A stretch of DNA of 64,000 bases, from positions 19,902,001 to 19,966,000 of the forward strand of contig NC_073405.1 of NCBI RefSeq assembly GCF_028641065.1. The letters are read 5' to 3'. Under the pieces are notes generated by a model. It was not told the DNA's origin. It was given only the letters and a program-made list of their open reading frames with translations, and searched no databases. A program made the translations under genes and the position numbers. This DNA is from Leucoraja erinacea (Eukaryota). Below, piece after piece: positions 1 through 12,276 of this stretch. Positions within the stretch are counted from its first letter, which is position 1. Every line of letters starts with the position of its first letter.

Positions 1-135
1 TGAAATGGGGGGACTATGTATAAACACTGCTGTAATTTCTACATGGTGAAACCAATATGTATAAAAATGGTCTTTATTAAAATCTGACAATGTGCACTTT
101 AACCACATGTGTCCCAAACATTATGGAGGGCACTG
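1..135 (+). mobile_element. Right terminal inverted repeat of a Tc1/mariner element (same family as 30147-31425), cut by the window edge
   Basis: Ends ...gtcccaaacattatggagggcactg followed by TA (136-137); closely matches 31222-31425 apart from an internal deletion. Confidence 0.85.
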
Positions 136-137
136 TA

Positions 138-330
138 CCTCGTCTGGCAGCGTGTTCCATACACTCACCACCCTTTGTGTGAAAATGTTACCCTTCAGAT
201 TCCGATTAAATCTTTTCCCCTTCACCTTGAACCTATGTCCTCTGGTCCTCGATTCCCCTACTCGAGGCAAGAGATTCTATGCATCTACCCGATCTATTCC
301 TCTCATGGACTTGGTTTACACATCTCATCA
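138..330 (-). mobile_element. CR1 LINE 3' fragment
   Basis: Reverse complement gives the CR1 RT C-terminal pattern (...TQRVVSVWN...), seen repeatedly in this window. Confidence 0.7.
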
Positions 331-603
331 GAGGTAGGGCCCTGAAGGTTCGTTTTTGCTGTGGTTAATTTAGCCTCTGTAAATTTGCTACCTGCAGGAA
401 AGAGAGAGGAACAGTTAGAAAAGATTTATTGATCAGAATTGTCAACCCGACAAACCTCTCTGATTAAAATCTATCTAAATTTGGGTAGATTATTGAAGAA
501 TCTAACTGCTGCGGATTGCACAGATCTGCAGTTTGCGACCATGGATTTTTGGCTCCGGGATTCCTTGATGTCAGTTTCTTGGTCCCATTATGTTGTCACC
601 TGC

Positions 604-797
604 AGTAACTCAGTGGGACAGACAGCATCTCTGGAGAGAAGGAATGGGAGATGTTTCGGATTGAGACCCTTCTTCAGACGGGCTCGACCAGAAACGTCGC
701 CCATTCCTTCTCTCCAGAGATGCGGGCTGTCCCACTTAGTTAGTGCAGCTTTTTGTGTCTAAGGTTTAAACCAGCATTTGCAGTTCCTTCCTGCACA
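604..797. mobile_element. Penelope-derived inverted (fold-back) terminal repeat fragment
   Basis: gtaactcag...gcatctctggaga...cccttcttcag followed by its reverse complement and the ...ccagcatttgcagttccttcc tail. Confidence 0.7.
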
Positions 798-1622
798 TTA
801 TGTGACCTGCACCGGCTGAGAAAGAATGAATGGATTAGAACATGAGACATAAAGCAGGAGTAAATATCAGCTATGATTTATATGATATGAATCTATTTTG
901 TGTTGTTGGAGCCGTTCTTCATTCCAGAAAGAGAAAGTCATTCCACGAGAGCTTAATTCCAAGCCTCATTTGTTGCTGAGTTGATATAATAGTTCTGGAG
1001 GAACAAGGGGTAAAAATTGCATAACACCCAGGTAAACCCAGATAGAGGTGCAGCGTGGAAACAGGCCCATCGGCCCACCGCCCCGGCCAACAATCCCTTT
1101 TCTCTTGCATTATCCTGCACATGTGGATGAATTTTCGAGTTTGCGTTTAGTTTATTATTTTCACAAGTACCGAGGTACAATGAAAAGCTTTTGTTGCCTG
1201 CCAACCAATTAGCTGAAAGGCAATACATGATTAAAATCGAGCCATTCACAGTGTACAAATACGTGATGGTGGGAATAATGTTTAGTGCAAGATAAAGCCA
1301 CTAAAGTCCAATTAAAGATAGAAAATACAGAAAATAGGTGCAGGAGGAGGCCATTCGGCCCTTCGAGCCAGCATCGCCAAATCCTAGTGTCTCCAATGAG
1401 GAAGTTGGTAGTTCAAGACTGCTCTCTGGTTGTTGGTAGGATGGTTCAGTTGCCCGATAACAGCTGGTAAGAAACTGTATCTAAAGCTGGAGGTGTGCGT
1501 TTTCACACTTCTATACCTTTTGCCCGATGGGAGTGGGGAGAAGTGGGAGTGACCAGGGTGCGACTCTGCCTTTATGCTGGTGGCCTTGCCGAGGCAGCAT
1601 GAGGTGTAAATGGAGTCGATCT

Positions 1623-1815
1623 TTACCAAAGTCAACTAACCTACAAACCTGTACATCTTTGGAGAGTGGGAGGAAACCGGAGCACCTGGGGAAAACCCAC
1701 ACGGTCTCGGGGAGAACGTACAAACTCCGTACAGACAGCATCTGTAGTCAGAATAGAACCCGTGTCTCTGGGGCTGTAAGGGCAGCAACTCCACTGCTGC
1801 TCTACCATGCCGCCC
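1623..1815 (-). mobile_element. HE1-type V-SINE (5' part)
   Basis: Reverse complement of tRNA-like head and V-domain (ggagtttgtacgttctcccc...ctccggtttcctccc). Confidence 0.8.
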
Positions 1816-2294
1816 CAGTTATAAGCACAGTATTTTCATGGTTAGTATTGTTAACTTTCTGAGTCATTGGCAACCTCCAGGATGATGGGGATTTCCGTTC
1901 TCCACTGGACAGTGATTGGGAAGAATTGTGCAAATGTATATAATGGGCATTCGCTATGGATCCTGTCATACTTCACAGTACCTTATAAAAACAAACAGCT
2001 TTTTTGGTGCTGTTAGCTTTTAAGCAAGAAAACAGGACAGGAGGCCTGGGGTTAGAGCAGTGATTACAGAAGTAATTCTTCACATATAGGGGTGATCAAT
2101 ACCTGTAATTGATTTCTGGCTGCAAGAGTGGAATCATTTGAATCCAGTAACAACTGATGTTGTGGTTAGCAGGCTGTGCACTCTTTCAAGACAGATGAGC
2201 TAGCGTTGGACAAACGACCTTGAATATTGTGGTAAAAGAGCAATAAAAAGTTTATTTCAGTACGTTGGCACAAGTCTGATGTCCTAATTTCCTA

Positions 2295-2803
2295 GGCTCA
2301 CGTGATTTCCCGGTTGCCAAGCACTTTAACTCCCCTTCTCATTACCACACTGACCTTCCTGTCCTGCCCTCCTCCACTGTCTGAGTGAGACCACAGGCAA
2401 ATTGGAGGAACAGCACCTCATATTTCTCCTCGGTACCTTACAACCCAGTGGTATGAGTATTGATTTCTCTAATTCCAATTAACCCTTGCATTCCCCTCTC
2501 TCTCCATCCTTCACCCACCCTAGTCGTCCTGCTAGTTACGCTGTTCGTATCCCCCTCATTATCACCTCCTCCACAGCCAACAATGGACCATTGTGGGCTC
2601 TTTAGCCTTCGGTGCCGACTCTGATTTGTTCCGTAATGTGTCATACCTCTAGTTTCCCTCTCCCCCGACTCTCAGTCTGAAGAAGGGTCCGACCCGAAAT
2701 GTCACCTATTCCTTTTCTCCAGAGATGCTGCCTGACCCACTGAGTTACTCCAGCATTTTATGGCAATCTTCGGTGTAAACTAGCATCTGCAGTACCGTCC
2801 TAA
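2295..2803 (+). mobile_element. Penelope-like element 3' fragment: GIY-YIG C-terminus plus terminal repeat
   Basis: Reads PVAKHFNSPSH...KLEEQHLIF.LGTLQPSGM.IDFSN across a frameshift, then ctgaagaagggtc..cccgaaa and the shared tail. Confidence 0.8.
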
Positions 2804-3282
2804 AATTCTAAGCATAGTCCCAGCCCCTGAGCAGGAGCAGGTGAAGGCATGCATCATCTAGTCCCTTGCTTCAGCGGTTTGTTCCATCTTACCTGTAGCA
2901 GAGTACCAAGACAACTACTCAAACCAGTTGGCTTTCACTGGTATTTAAGCTCGAGTGAGTCCCCAACTTTGTTCCTTCCTCATAACCTAGCTGCATCTCC
3001 TTTTATTTTATCACTGCCTATTTTTTCTGGCTTCCCCTTAAACCTGTTTGCCTCACTTGCTCCATATGTCAGCGAGTTTCTGCCAATCTCCAGATCCCAG
3101 TGACTGTCACTAGTTCCAGGGCATGGTCCAATTTGGCAAAAATAAACTTTTAAGTTGACAGCCATATTAACCGCTAAAGCAGTGTGTTGATTTCTGCTAC
3201 TTATTGGAGCAGGTTGAATGCACTTGTTCTCTCTAATGCGCACAAGCTGGGGTACAGGTCCTTCCTCCTCACTTCCAACCCC

Positions 3283-3506
3283 CTCATTCACACAAAGGGT
3301 GGTGAGTGTCTGGAACAAGCTGCCAGAGGAGGTAGTTGAGGCTGGGACTATCCCAACGTTTAAGAAGCAGTTAGACAGGTATGTGGGTAGGACTTGGAGG
3401 GATATGGACCAAGCGCAGGCAGGTGGGTCTACTGCGGCTGGTACATGTTGGGCGGTGTGGGCAAGTTGGTCTGAAGGGATCTGTTTCCACACTGTATCAC
3501 TATGAC
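3283..3506 (+). mobile_element. CR1 LINE 3' end
   Basis: FTQRVVSVWNKLPEEVVEAGTIPTFKKQLDRY in ORF 3218..3505, then the 3' UTR shared with the HE1 tail. Confidence 0.85.
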
Positions 3507-4868
3507 TCTTCCCTTGACTCTGCCAATTCACTTAAGAATGCTCCACCTCAACTTCCTTCGACCTTTTTGCAGACCGCTTCCCTCTGTGGGTCAGTATCCA
3601 GTCTCCAGCTCCTGGTCCAAAGCATGCACCAGTTTTGACTCCCGGCCACTTCCCCACGTCACTCCCCCACCACACTTGGCTATGTCCCCCTCGCATTTCC
3701 ATGGGATGACCGGCCCTACAGCATCGGTACACAGCTTGTCTGCCCATGTCCCAGGCCGCACATCATCTGCGTGTCTGTCTGTCCACATTCCCAGCCATCA
3801 TCTGTCCGCACACCCAAGCGCTTCCAGCCAATCTCTATCCACTGCCCACATTCCCGTCCCTGACCTTCCTGCACCCTGGACCATGTCCATGGCTACATCG
3901 GTCGGCACCCCTGCTAACATTCCCAGCCTCACTTCATCCACCAATCTTCCCCCAAGACCAGTCACACTCCATCCTCCTGCCTGCCCCCATCCCTGACCGT
4001 GATCCATCTGCAGCCCGGTTCACATTCTCATCCCCAAACTTCGTTGGGAGACATCCTTTGGGGTTGACATGAGGAGCAGTGCTCTCAGTAAAGCAATTCC
4101 TGTTGCATTCCTATTTGGGTTTATTAATGGTCCTGGTATCCGTGGCCATAGCTGTAGATCCTGTTAATGTGCGTCTGTCTCTCTACTTTATGTTCAGAGA
4201 CAGGATCCAGAATTCTGCAAAGCACATTTCAAAAGTACGTGCTAAAACAGTGTGCCGGTTCACGCGCCGTGGCTAGAATCAGATGTCAGCATTTTGTGGT
4301 ACGGATACCCGTGTTCGCAATGGCTGTGGAGATAAGAAAGACATGCTTGTTCACACTGTGAGACTCTCAACTAACAGAGGGAGACACATGCAGCATACCT
4401 TGTACCGGATTTTATTAACTAGACGTGGAGCTCCTCTTGATGGGAATGTGTGTCAGAGGTCAGGCCACAGCACAGCAAAGCCTGTTCTGTAAACCTGCAG
4501 AGTTTCAGCAAAGCTTCACGTTGGAAGCAAAATGGTTCCTGGAGTCTGACATGCACTGAGATATTTTGATGTAACAATGTGCTTCACGAATGTTAGCCTG
4601 ACGCCAGTAACAATTTATTAGTTCAACTAAGCTCCACATTAGAATTAGCATTTCTGGTAAACACACAGTAATTCAAGAACGCAGTGCTGATTTGCTGAAG
4701 GTTTCATTTTATTTTACTTACCAACGTATGAAATCACGATTTTCACCGTCCCTATCACTCCTCTTACTTCTTTTCTGTGTTATGCTTTTTCAAGCAGTGA
4801 CCAGTCTTTGTGACCTTGTTCAAAAAGGCTTTATTGATCTGGAAGCCAATAAACAATGAGCAATACAT

Positions 4869-5107
4869 GCAGAGACCTGCGTTCGATCCTGGCTACGGGA
4901 TTTAGTACGTTCTCCCCATGACCACGTGGGGTTTTTCCGGATGCTCCGGTTTCCTCCCGCACTCCAAAGGTGTACAGGTTTGAAGGTTAAATTACTTTGG
5001 TAAATTGAAAAATTGTCCCTGGTGCAGGTGAGGGTTATTGTACGGGGTGATCGCTGGTCTTCGCGGACTGGGTGGGACGAAGGGCCTGTGTCCGCACTGT
5101 ATCTCTG
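4869..5107 (+). mobile_element. HE1-type V-SINE (5'-truncated)
   Basis: B-box-like gttcgatcc, V-domain and gaagggcctgt..cgcactgtatctct tail. Confidence 0.75.
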
Positions 5108-5441
5108 AGGTCAGTGAACCCAGTTCTGACCATTCAAAGCTGCATAACAATCTGGCAGAGGCAATGACTTATTCCTTCAACGTAGGAACATTGAAGCTCG
5201 TTCCAACATCGTCCGAGAGGTTCACCTGCTTTCAGCTTTATCACTTCTTTCTGTTAATTTAATTTCTGTGTATCCAACGTTAAAGGCTAAGACTTGTCTG
5301 TGTCAACAACTAGAGAATTATGCAGATTAATTGCAATTTTGATTACAAGTTGCATTCCAGCCCCCTTGCCTTTGGCCTGCACCAAGTGCCCTACAAATGT
5401 TCTCACTGAGGTATCTTCACCACATTCATCCCTCAACCTTA

Positions 5442-5666
5442 TGCCCCTGTCCCACTTAGGAAACCTGAATGGAAACCTCAGGAGACTTTGTGCGCCACCC
5501 AAGGTTTCCGTGCGGTTCCCAGAGGTTTTTGTCCGTCTCCCTACCTGCTTCCACTACCTGCAACCACCGGCAACCACCTGGAACCTCCGGGAACCGCACA
5601 GAAACCTTGGGTGGGGAGCAAAGTCTCCAGAGGTTTCTGTTCAGGTTTCCTAAGTGGAACAGGGGA
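5442..5666. mobile_element. Fold-back MITE, probably PIF/Harbinger
   Basis: About 90-bp imperfect inverted arms (gcccctgtcccacttaggaaacctgaa... / ...ttcaggtttcctaagtggaacagggg); preceded by TTA; terminus resembles 9816-10360. Confidence 0.7.
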
Positions 5667-6377
5667 GAGCAGATTAAGAAGAGAAAAAAAAACGTCTCTC
5701 CAATGCAGATAGACAGACGTTTATGAATAAGAATTGTAATTGATAATAGGGAGAGCTACAAAACAACGGGTTAACCTGTTTGAACAGCTGATCCTTTGTG
5801 ATGCCTGACATGTGTGGATCAAACCCACTTTTGTGCCAATAGATTTATAAGCCCATGGCTCTCTTTGTATCTTATAAAAAGCTCTATGCTCGGGTCTGTC
5901 CTGAGTAATTAAAAAGCAGGATGGTTATCTTAAGTTCTCTATAATTACTATTAGCTGAAAGCATAATAACCTTTCATTTCAATTTCAATGAAGTGGGGCT
6001 ATGTTTCCATGGTGAAACTATTCGGGAGAACCAGGCAGCGCTGCTGTCCATTCTGTGGGGTGGGGGGGGGGTTTAACACGTATCTTTTCCATGTTAAAAG
6101 CATCCGATGTGCAGCAGAGTGAGCAGTAATGACGGGTGTGTCACGTGGTTAAATTAAATTAGGAACAAGACCATCTGGAGTGGCTGAAACTCCAAGGTCA
6201 GGCAGTCATTCATTGTTCCTGTCCACCCCTGCTTGATTCACAACCTGAACTCAGCTTACAGGCTGTCCATTCATAGCATTGCCTGGCTATGTCAGTGTTT
6301 CACTCCCGCCCTCAACGATAGTGTAGTTTTAACCTTTCCAACGGTTTCTTTATTTTCCCCATCCATCCTTGGCCCTT

Positions 6378-6647
6378 GAGACACAGCGTGGAAAGAAGCA
6401 GGCCCTTCGGCCCACCAAGTCCACGCGGACCAGCGATCACCCATGTACCCTGGCACTATCCTACACGCACTGGGGACAATTTACAATTTTACAGAAGCCA
6501 ATTAACCGACAAACCTGTGCAGCTTTTGGAGTGGGGGAGAGAAAACCGGAGCACCCGGAGAAAAAACACGCAGTCGCAGGGAGAACGTACAAACTCTGTA
6601 CAGACAGAATTGAACCCGGGCCTCTGCCGCTGTAAGGTAGCAACTCC
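6378..6647 (-). mobile_element. HE1-type V-SINE
   Basis: Reverse complement of head, V-domain and tail. Confidence 0.85.
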
Positions 6648-6799
6648 AATTCATATATGCCCACACTTATATTTGGGCATATACCAGATTTTCACAAATT
6701 TCCATGGAAATCTTTCATGTTTGATTTGTAAATTTTGACATAAACCGGATGAGGAACAGTTTAGACTAATATTCAGTACAAGGAAATTTCTCCCCAAGG

Positions 6800-7722
6800 T
6801 TTTTTTTTTAAATTGAATTAAATCCTTTATTTGTCATTCAGACCTTACCTGCAACGTTACCTGCAGCCATACATGTAATAATAAACAACACACAATAAAC
6901 ACAAATTAACATCCACCACAGTGAGTTCACCAAGCACCTCCTCACTGTGATGGAGGCAAAAGTCTTAGGGTTGCTGTCTCTTCCCTCCTCTTCTCCCTCT
7001 GCGTTGAGGCAATACCCCACCGGGCGATGGTAAGTCAGTCCCGCGGTTCAAGCTCCGCGGCCCGGGGGTGGTCGAAGCTGCTGCCCTCCAGTCCAGCGGA
7101 CGCAGTTGTTGCCACGGGAGCTCCGGAAAAAGGGCATCAACCTGTGACCTGCGAGCTCCCGACGATGTCATCCACTGGCCCACGGCCGAGCCCCAGATTC
7201 AGGTCGCCGCCGCCTCAGCCACCAGAGCACCGTCTCCGCCCCGCACCGGGCCATCCACACGGCAGCGTCTCAGCCCTGCACCGGGCTGTCCACACGGGAG
7301 CGCCTTCCAGCCGGGAGCCGAGCCGCCCTGACAGGAGTGTCTCAGCCCCGCACCGTCCACCCTCACCGGAGCGCCGAGTTGTGCCGCTGCCCGAATGCCA
7401 CCGCAGCTCGGAGACGGCCAGCCTCGCGTTGGTAGGTCCTGGCTGGCTCTACCTCCGGATCCTCGAGGTCGGTCGCAGGTTGGAGGCCGCCAGCTCCGCC
7501 ATTAGGCCTCAGCTCAGACGGGGGAAGAGAAGGGGGATACGACAAGAAAGTCGCATTCCCCCGAAGGGAGAGACAGAAAGCCCTGTTTCACCCCCTCCCC
7601 CCACACATAACACCACCCAATAACCAAAAGTTTAACTGAACAAGACAAAAAAAACCAACACAAAAAAGTAAAAACAGACAGACTGCTGGCGAGCCGCAGC
7701 CGTTTCACAGCGCCGCCACTCC
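6800..7722 (-). mobile_element. GC/CpG-rich putative non-autonomous retroposon with a LINE-like 3' tail
   Basis: On - strand starts agtggcggcgctg and ends ...tgaatgacaaataaagg plus an A-run; CpG-rich interior unlike its flanks; no recognisable protein. Confidence 0.5.
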
Positions 7723-7934
7723 CAGATTGTAAGGTGCTTGTAAGGAAAAAATAAGTTTCCATCGCATGACTGAAAGCTTGGCCGAAGAAATGGGATTTAG
7801 TAGACAAAACAAGGGTGAAAATGGATCAGTAAAGGAACTGGGGAGAGTGAGACCAAGGTTTAGTTTAGTTTAGTATACCAGTAGTTAAGTTTACTTTAGA
7901 GATACAGCATGGAGACAGGCCCCCTTTACACCAC

Positions 7935-8350
7935 TGGGCCTGTACTCGCTGGAGTTTAGAAGGTTGAGGGAGAACCTCATGGAAACTTACAGAATAATGA
8001 AAGGCATAGATATAGTGGATTTGGAAAGGATGTTTGTACTGGTGGGAGAGTCGAGGACCAGAGATCATAGCCTCAGAATTAAAGGGCGGTGAGGAGGAAC
8101 TAGAAAGGAGGTGAAGAGGAACTTCTTTAGTCAGAGAGTAGTTCAATCTGTGGAATTCATTGCCACAGAGGACTCTGGAGACCAAGTCAGTGCATATTTT
8201 TAAGGCAAAGATAGAGAAGTTCTTGATTAGAATGTGTGTCAAGGATAATGGGGAGAAGGCAGGAAAATGGGATTAGGAGGCAGAGATCAACCATGATTGA
8301 ATGGTAGAGTAGACTCGATGGGCCAAATGGCCTAATTCTACTCCTATAAC
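7935..8350 (+). mobile_element. CR1 LINE 3' fragment
   Basis: gggcctgtactcgctggagtttagaagg...ctgtggaattcattgccacag...gggccaaatggcctaattctactcct. Confidence 0.8.
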
Positions 8351-8879
8351 TTGCGAATTTGTAATATCCTTTTCTTCATTGGGGATCCTTTGGAATTGAA
8401 GATGACGCTTCCAATTTGGTGGTGGTTTCTGAGGTGGCTAATGTGGAACCCTCCAACTCATCCACAGATATTGGGCAGGGTGGGGGGGGGGAGGGATCCT
8501 ATTGGGGAGGTCCAGTAGGGAGCCTGTGAAGAAACAAGGGATTGCAGATGCTGGTTTACAAAAAAAGGTCTCAAAGTGGTCAGTGGGTCAGTCAGGCAGC
8601 ATCTCCAGAGAATGTGGACAGGTGACATTTCAGGTCGGGACCAAATTTCAACAAAGCTTGTGAAGTTGCGCACTGCTCCTGCTGTTTCTGTGTGTGCATG
8701 GTGCTTGTAAAGTATTATCCATACCATCCTAAACGCTCCTTGTCCATTTTGGCCAAGGGGCAGGGTCTTCCATTCAGATCATCAAAGAGAGAAGTGATGG
8801 TCAGCCGTATCGTCTCTCATCACAATCAGTTGGAAACTGGAGATTTGCCCACAACTTAAACTAACAAACAAAAGCTCCA

Positions 8880-9222
8880 GTGTGAGGGAAGGAACTGCAG
8901 ATGGCTGGTTTAAACCGAAGATAGACACAAACAACTCCAGTAACTCAGCGGGTCTGACAGCATCTCCGAAGAAAAGGAATATGTGACGTTTCGGGTCGAG
9001 ACCCTTCTTCAGACTGAGAGTCAGGGGAAAGGAAAATGAGAGATATAGTTGGTGATGGGGAGAGATATAGAGCAAATGAATGAAAGATATGCAACAAAGT
9101 AACAAAGATAAAGGAAACAGGCCATTGTTAGCTGTTTGCTCGGTGAGAACGAGTACAGACAATGAGATTCAACAAGACGACTTCGAAGTTGGTAAGATTT
9201 GGGCGGGGGAGGGATGGAGGGA
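8880..9222 (-). mobile_element. Penelope-like terminal repeat
   Basis: Reverse complement of the repeat at 2480-2803; contains an intact CTGAAGA-hairpin-GAAACGTC core at 8985-9012. Confidence 0.8.
8983..9016 (-). ncRNA. Minimal hammerhead-ribozyme-like core (Penelope type)
   Basis: - strand reads cagt CUGAAGA A GGGU-CUCG-ACCC GAAAC GUC ac: conserved core, helix II, palindromic ACGU helix III, GUC triplet. Helix I is only about 2 bp, so activity is unproven. Confidence 0.5.
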
Positions 9223-9499
9223 TGGATTTTTCTGGTAACATAATCATTTGGCCCCTCTAGTGTTCTTGCTGGCTCTCAGCAAGACTTCTTCTCCTCTAGA
9301 CCTGCTGGTTCATTTCCTCTCAAGCATCCTTTTCGAGCACTTATTGATTTGTCAACTCCTTCAGGCTGCCAATTCCAGATATCTATTCTATATTTTTCTT
9401 CACATTCTCCTTATGTTTTCTGGTATAGATTATGACTAATGTACACCAGGGGTTATGTGCAACTTGACTTAAACAGCAGCTCTACTTTCTTCAAGGCTT

Positions 9500-10500
9500 A
9501 ACGAGATTCAGCATGTCACCAAACACTAACAAACTTCTCGAAAATATCCTGACTCGATGCATCATGGCCTGGTACAGCAATTCCAAAGGACAGGAACAAA
9601 GCAAGAGGCTGCAGGGAGAGGTGGACTCAGCCTGGTCAAATCATTAACACAGCCCTCCCCACCATCAAAAGTATCTAGATGAGACATTACCTCAAGAAGG
9701 TGGTGGTATAGTAACATCAAGGATCCCCACTCATCAGCTAGAGTGTGGTCCTGACCTCACATCTACCTCGGTGGTACTTTTGAACTATCTTTAATCGGAC
9801 TTTATCACGCACTAAAGGGCCTGTCCCACTTGGGTGACCTAATCTGCGGGTTCTGGCGAGTTTGCCCTCGGGTTTGGCAGCATGGTCGACACGAGGTCGT
9901 AGGAGGTCTTTGTAACTCTCCTTCATGCTTGAGAGTGGTCTCCGCGTACTCGAGGCCTCAGCTAGGTCGCTGCGTTTTTTTCAATATGTTTAAAAATCCC
10001 CGCGAGTAAAAAAAGGTCGCCAAGGAAAAAATCGATACTTTTTTTACCTGTATGTTTAGTCATAGTAGGTCGCAGTAGGTCAGCATGTTAGTCGTAGGTA
10101 ATCGAAGGCAGTCGGAGGTAGTCCTAGATAGTCTTCATTATAGTCGAAGGAGGTCGTCTCTTCACTCTCCACTATTTTTTTCGGTGTCCAATTTTCCCCG
10201 AAGTTAGTCGTAGCTAATTGTAGCTAGTCGAAGCTGGTCTTCAACATAGTCAAAGGAGGTCGCAGGAGGTCTTCTACATAGTTGAAGGAGGTCTTCAACA
10301 TGTCATTTTCTCAAACTCTTCTAAACTCGCCAATTAGGTCGCCCAATTGGGACAGCCCCTTAAATGTTGTTCCCCTTATCCTTTATCTGGACGCTGTCAG
10401 TGGCTTGATTGTAACCAATGTATAGTCTTTCTTTGACTGGGTAGCACATGAAACAAAAGCATTTAACTGTACCTCGGTACACGTGACAATAATAAATTAA
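9500..10500 (+). mobile_element. Degraded Rex1/Babar-like LINE 3' region, interrupted by a MITE
   Basis: CIMAWYSN...LPTIKSI-like remnants and the 3' UTR ...actgtacctcggtacacgtgacaataa tail; sequence resumes after the MITE. Confidence 0.55.
9816..10360. mobile_element. PIF/Harbinger-type MITE
   Basis: About 28-bp TIRs (agggcctgtcccacttgggtgacctaat / attaggtcgcccaattgggacagcccct); TAA duplicated at 9813-9815 and 10361-10363. Confidence 0.85.
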
Positions 10501-10918
10501 ACAAAACCATGCCCATTTCCTACCATCAAGTAGACGCATGAAGTCCAACACCACCAGGATAGGAACAGCTACTGTCCTCCTTGACCAGGTTCTTGATCCA
10601 ACCAACACAACCTTAATCCTACTCTGAGAACCAAACAGTATGGACCACCTCCTGCACTACAAAGGACTTGTTGCTTTTCTTAAATTGTGCTTTGCACTAA
10701 TGTCTTGCAGTTTTGTTTTTGTTCTTTTTACTGTCTAACATAATTTGTTACTGTGTGTTTCTCCAAGTCTATCTGCCCATGAAGCTCAGGCAAGCAAGAT
10801 GTTTATTGTACCTGTTCCTCACCCTATTGTGCATATTACAATGAGCTCAACTTGACTTGAAGTCAGTGGGTTTCCTGTTACTTTAAAAAGTTGTGTCATA
10901 TTATTAATTTAATAACAC

Positions 10919-11450
10919 TCGTCGTGGCTATCCCTCGAGGTGGAGGATGATGGTCTACGTTCAGCTGTTTTTTTATGGACTCTCAGGTGGCTTATGAGTC
11001 CAATCTTGGCTTTGAAAGTTCTTCGACATTCAGGACAGGTAATTCCAGATGGCAGATCGGGCTTTGGTTGTTGCTGCCTTTCTTTCCTTTTTCATCTCTT
11101 CTAATTCTGCGCATCTTGGCTTTGAAGGTTGCTGTACCTTCTAGGATGATGGTTCGCCAGAGTATCCTGTCCTTGGCATTGGTTTCCCAAATGTCGATGT
11201 CGATCGCACATTTCTTCACGCTGGGTTTTAAGGCGTCTTTGAATCTCTTCTTTTGTCTGCCTCTTTTCCATTGGCCTTCTTTGAGCTGGGAGTAGAAGGT
11301 TTGCTTTGGAAGACGCTCGTCTTCCATCCGAACAACATGACCATCCCATCTTAGTTGGTTCTGATGATGAAGGCTTCGATGCTAGATGTCTTTGTTTCAT
11401 TCAGCACGCTGACGTCGGTTCTTCTGTCTTCCCAACTGATATTTAAGCTG
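10919..11450 (-). mobile_element. RTE-clade LINE 3' fragment (ORF C-terminus, degenerate)
   Basis: NISWEDRRT..., QLRWDGHVVRMEDERLPKQTFYSQLKEGQWKRGRQKKRFKDALK...IDIWETNAKDRILWR is the typical RTE post-RT region. Confidence 0.85.
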
Positions 11451-11941
11451 CTTCAAAGACATCGTTGATGGAACTTTTCAAGTGTTTTCAGATAGCCTCG
11501 GAACACTATACATTGTGCAATGCTTTACAAAAAGCTGCAGTAACACAGTGGGACAGGCAGCATCTCAGCATCTACAATAGGACCAGTATAATCAAAGACC
11601 AGTCTCACCCTGTTCACTCCCTCTTCTTCCTTCTTCCATCAGGCAAGATGTACAAAAGTGTGCAAACTAAAAACCTCCAGTTTCAGAGACACTCCAGTTT
11701 CTTCCCAGCTGTTATCAGGCAACTTCTTCTTGTGTATGACGTGCACAACCTAAAATTGTAGGACAACTTGTTTTATTTGATTTATTTGTTTGTGCACGTA
11801 GGGTTGATTGCATTGGTCGAAACCGGGTGGACCACGTGAAGGTTTCAGTCTCCCACCACATCGGGCAACTGAACCATCCTTGAGAGTGGCCCTGTCCTCC
11901 ATCTACCTTATTGGAGCCATTTGAACTATCTTAAATCGAAC

Positions 11942-12276
11942 TTTAGTTTAGAGATACAGCATTGAGACACGCCCTTCTGCCCACCGCGTCCGCACCAACC
12001 AACGATCACTCATACACTAGATCTAAGTTCTCCCACTTTTGCAATTTACAGAAGCCAATTAACCTGCGCGTCTTTGGAATGTGGGAATAAAGTGGAGTAC
12101 CCGGAGAAAGCCCATGCGGTCACAGGGAGAATGTACAAATCCCATACAATTTTAATTTAAATTTCCATACAAATTCCATACAATCCTGACCACAGTTGAC
12201 AGCACCCGTAGTCAGGATCGAATCTGGGTCTCTGGTGCTGTAAGGCAGCATCCCCACTGCTGCACCACTGTGCCGA
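11942..12276 (-). mobile_element. HE1-type V-SINE nested in a Rex1-like 3' UTR
   Basis: Reverse complement of full head-to-tail SINE; flanks carry LLPSGK.Y and the ...cactgtgcctcgatacacgagacaata tail. Confidence 0.75.

Noticed and set aside
3502-4072. Overlapping Pro/Ser/His-rich ORFs
   Set aside because: C-rich compositional bias opens several frames; no motif recognised.
7525-7570. HDV-like ribozyme in the GC-rich element
   Set aside because: I could build only a simple hairpin, not the nested double pseudoknot.
7027-7623. 198-aa Pro/Arg-rich ORF
   Set aside because: Stop-poor GC-rich repeat sequence with no recognisable domain or splice context.
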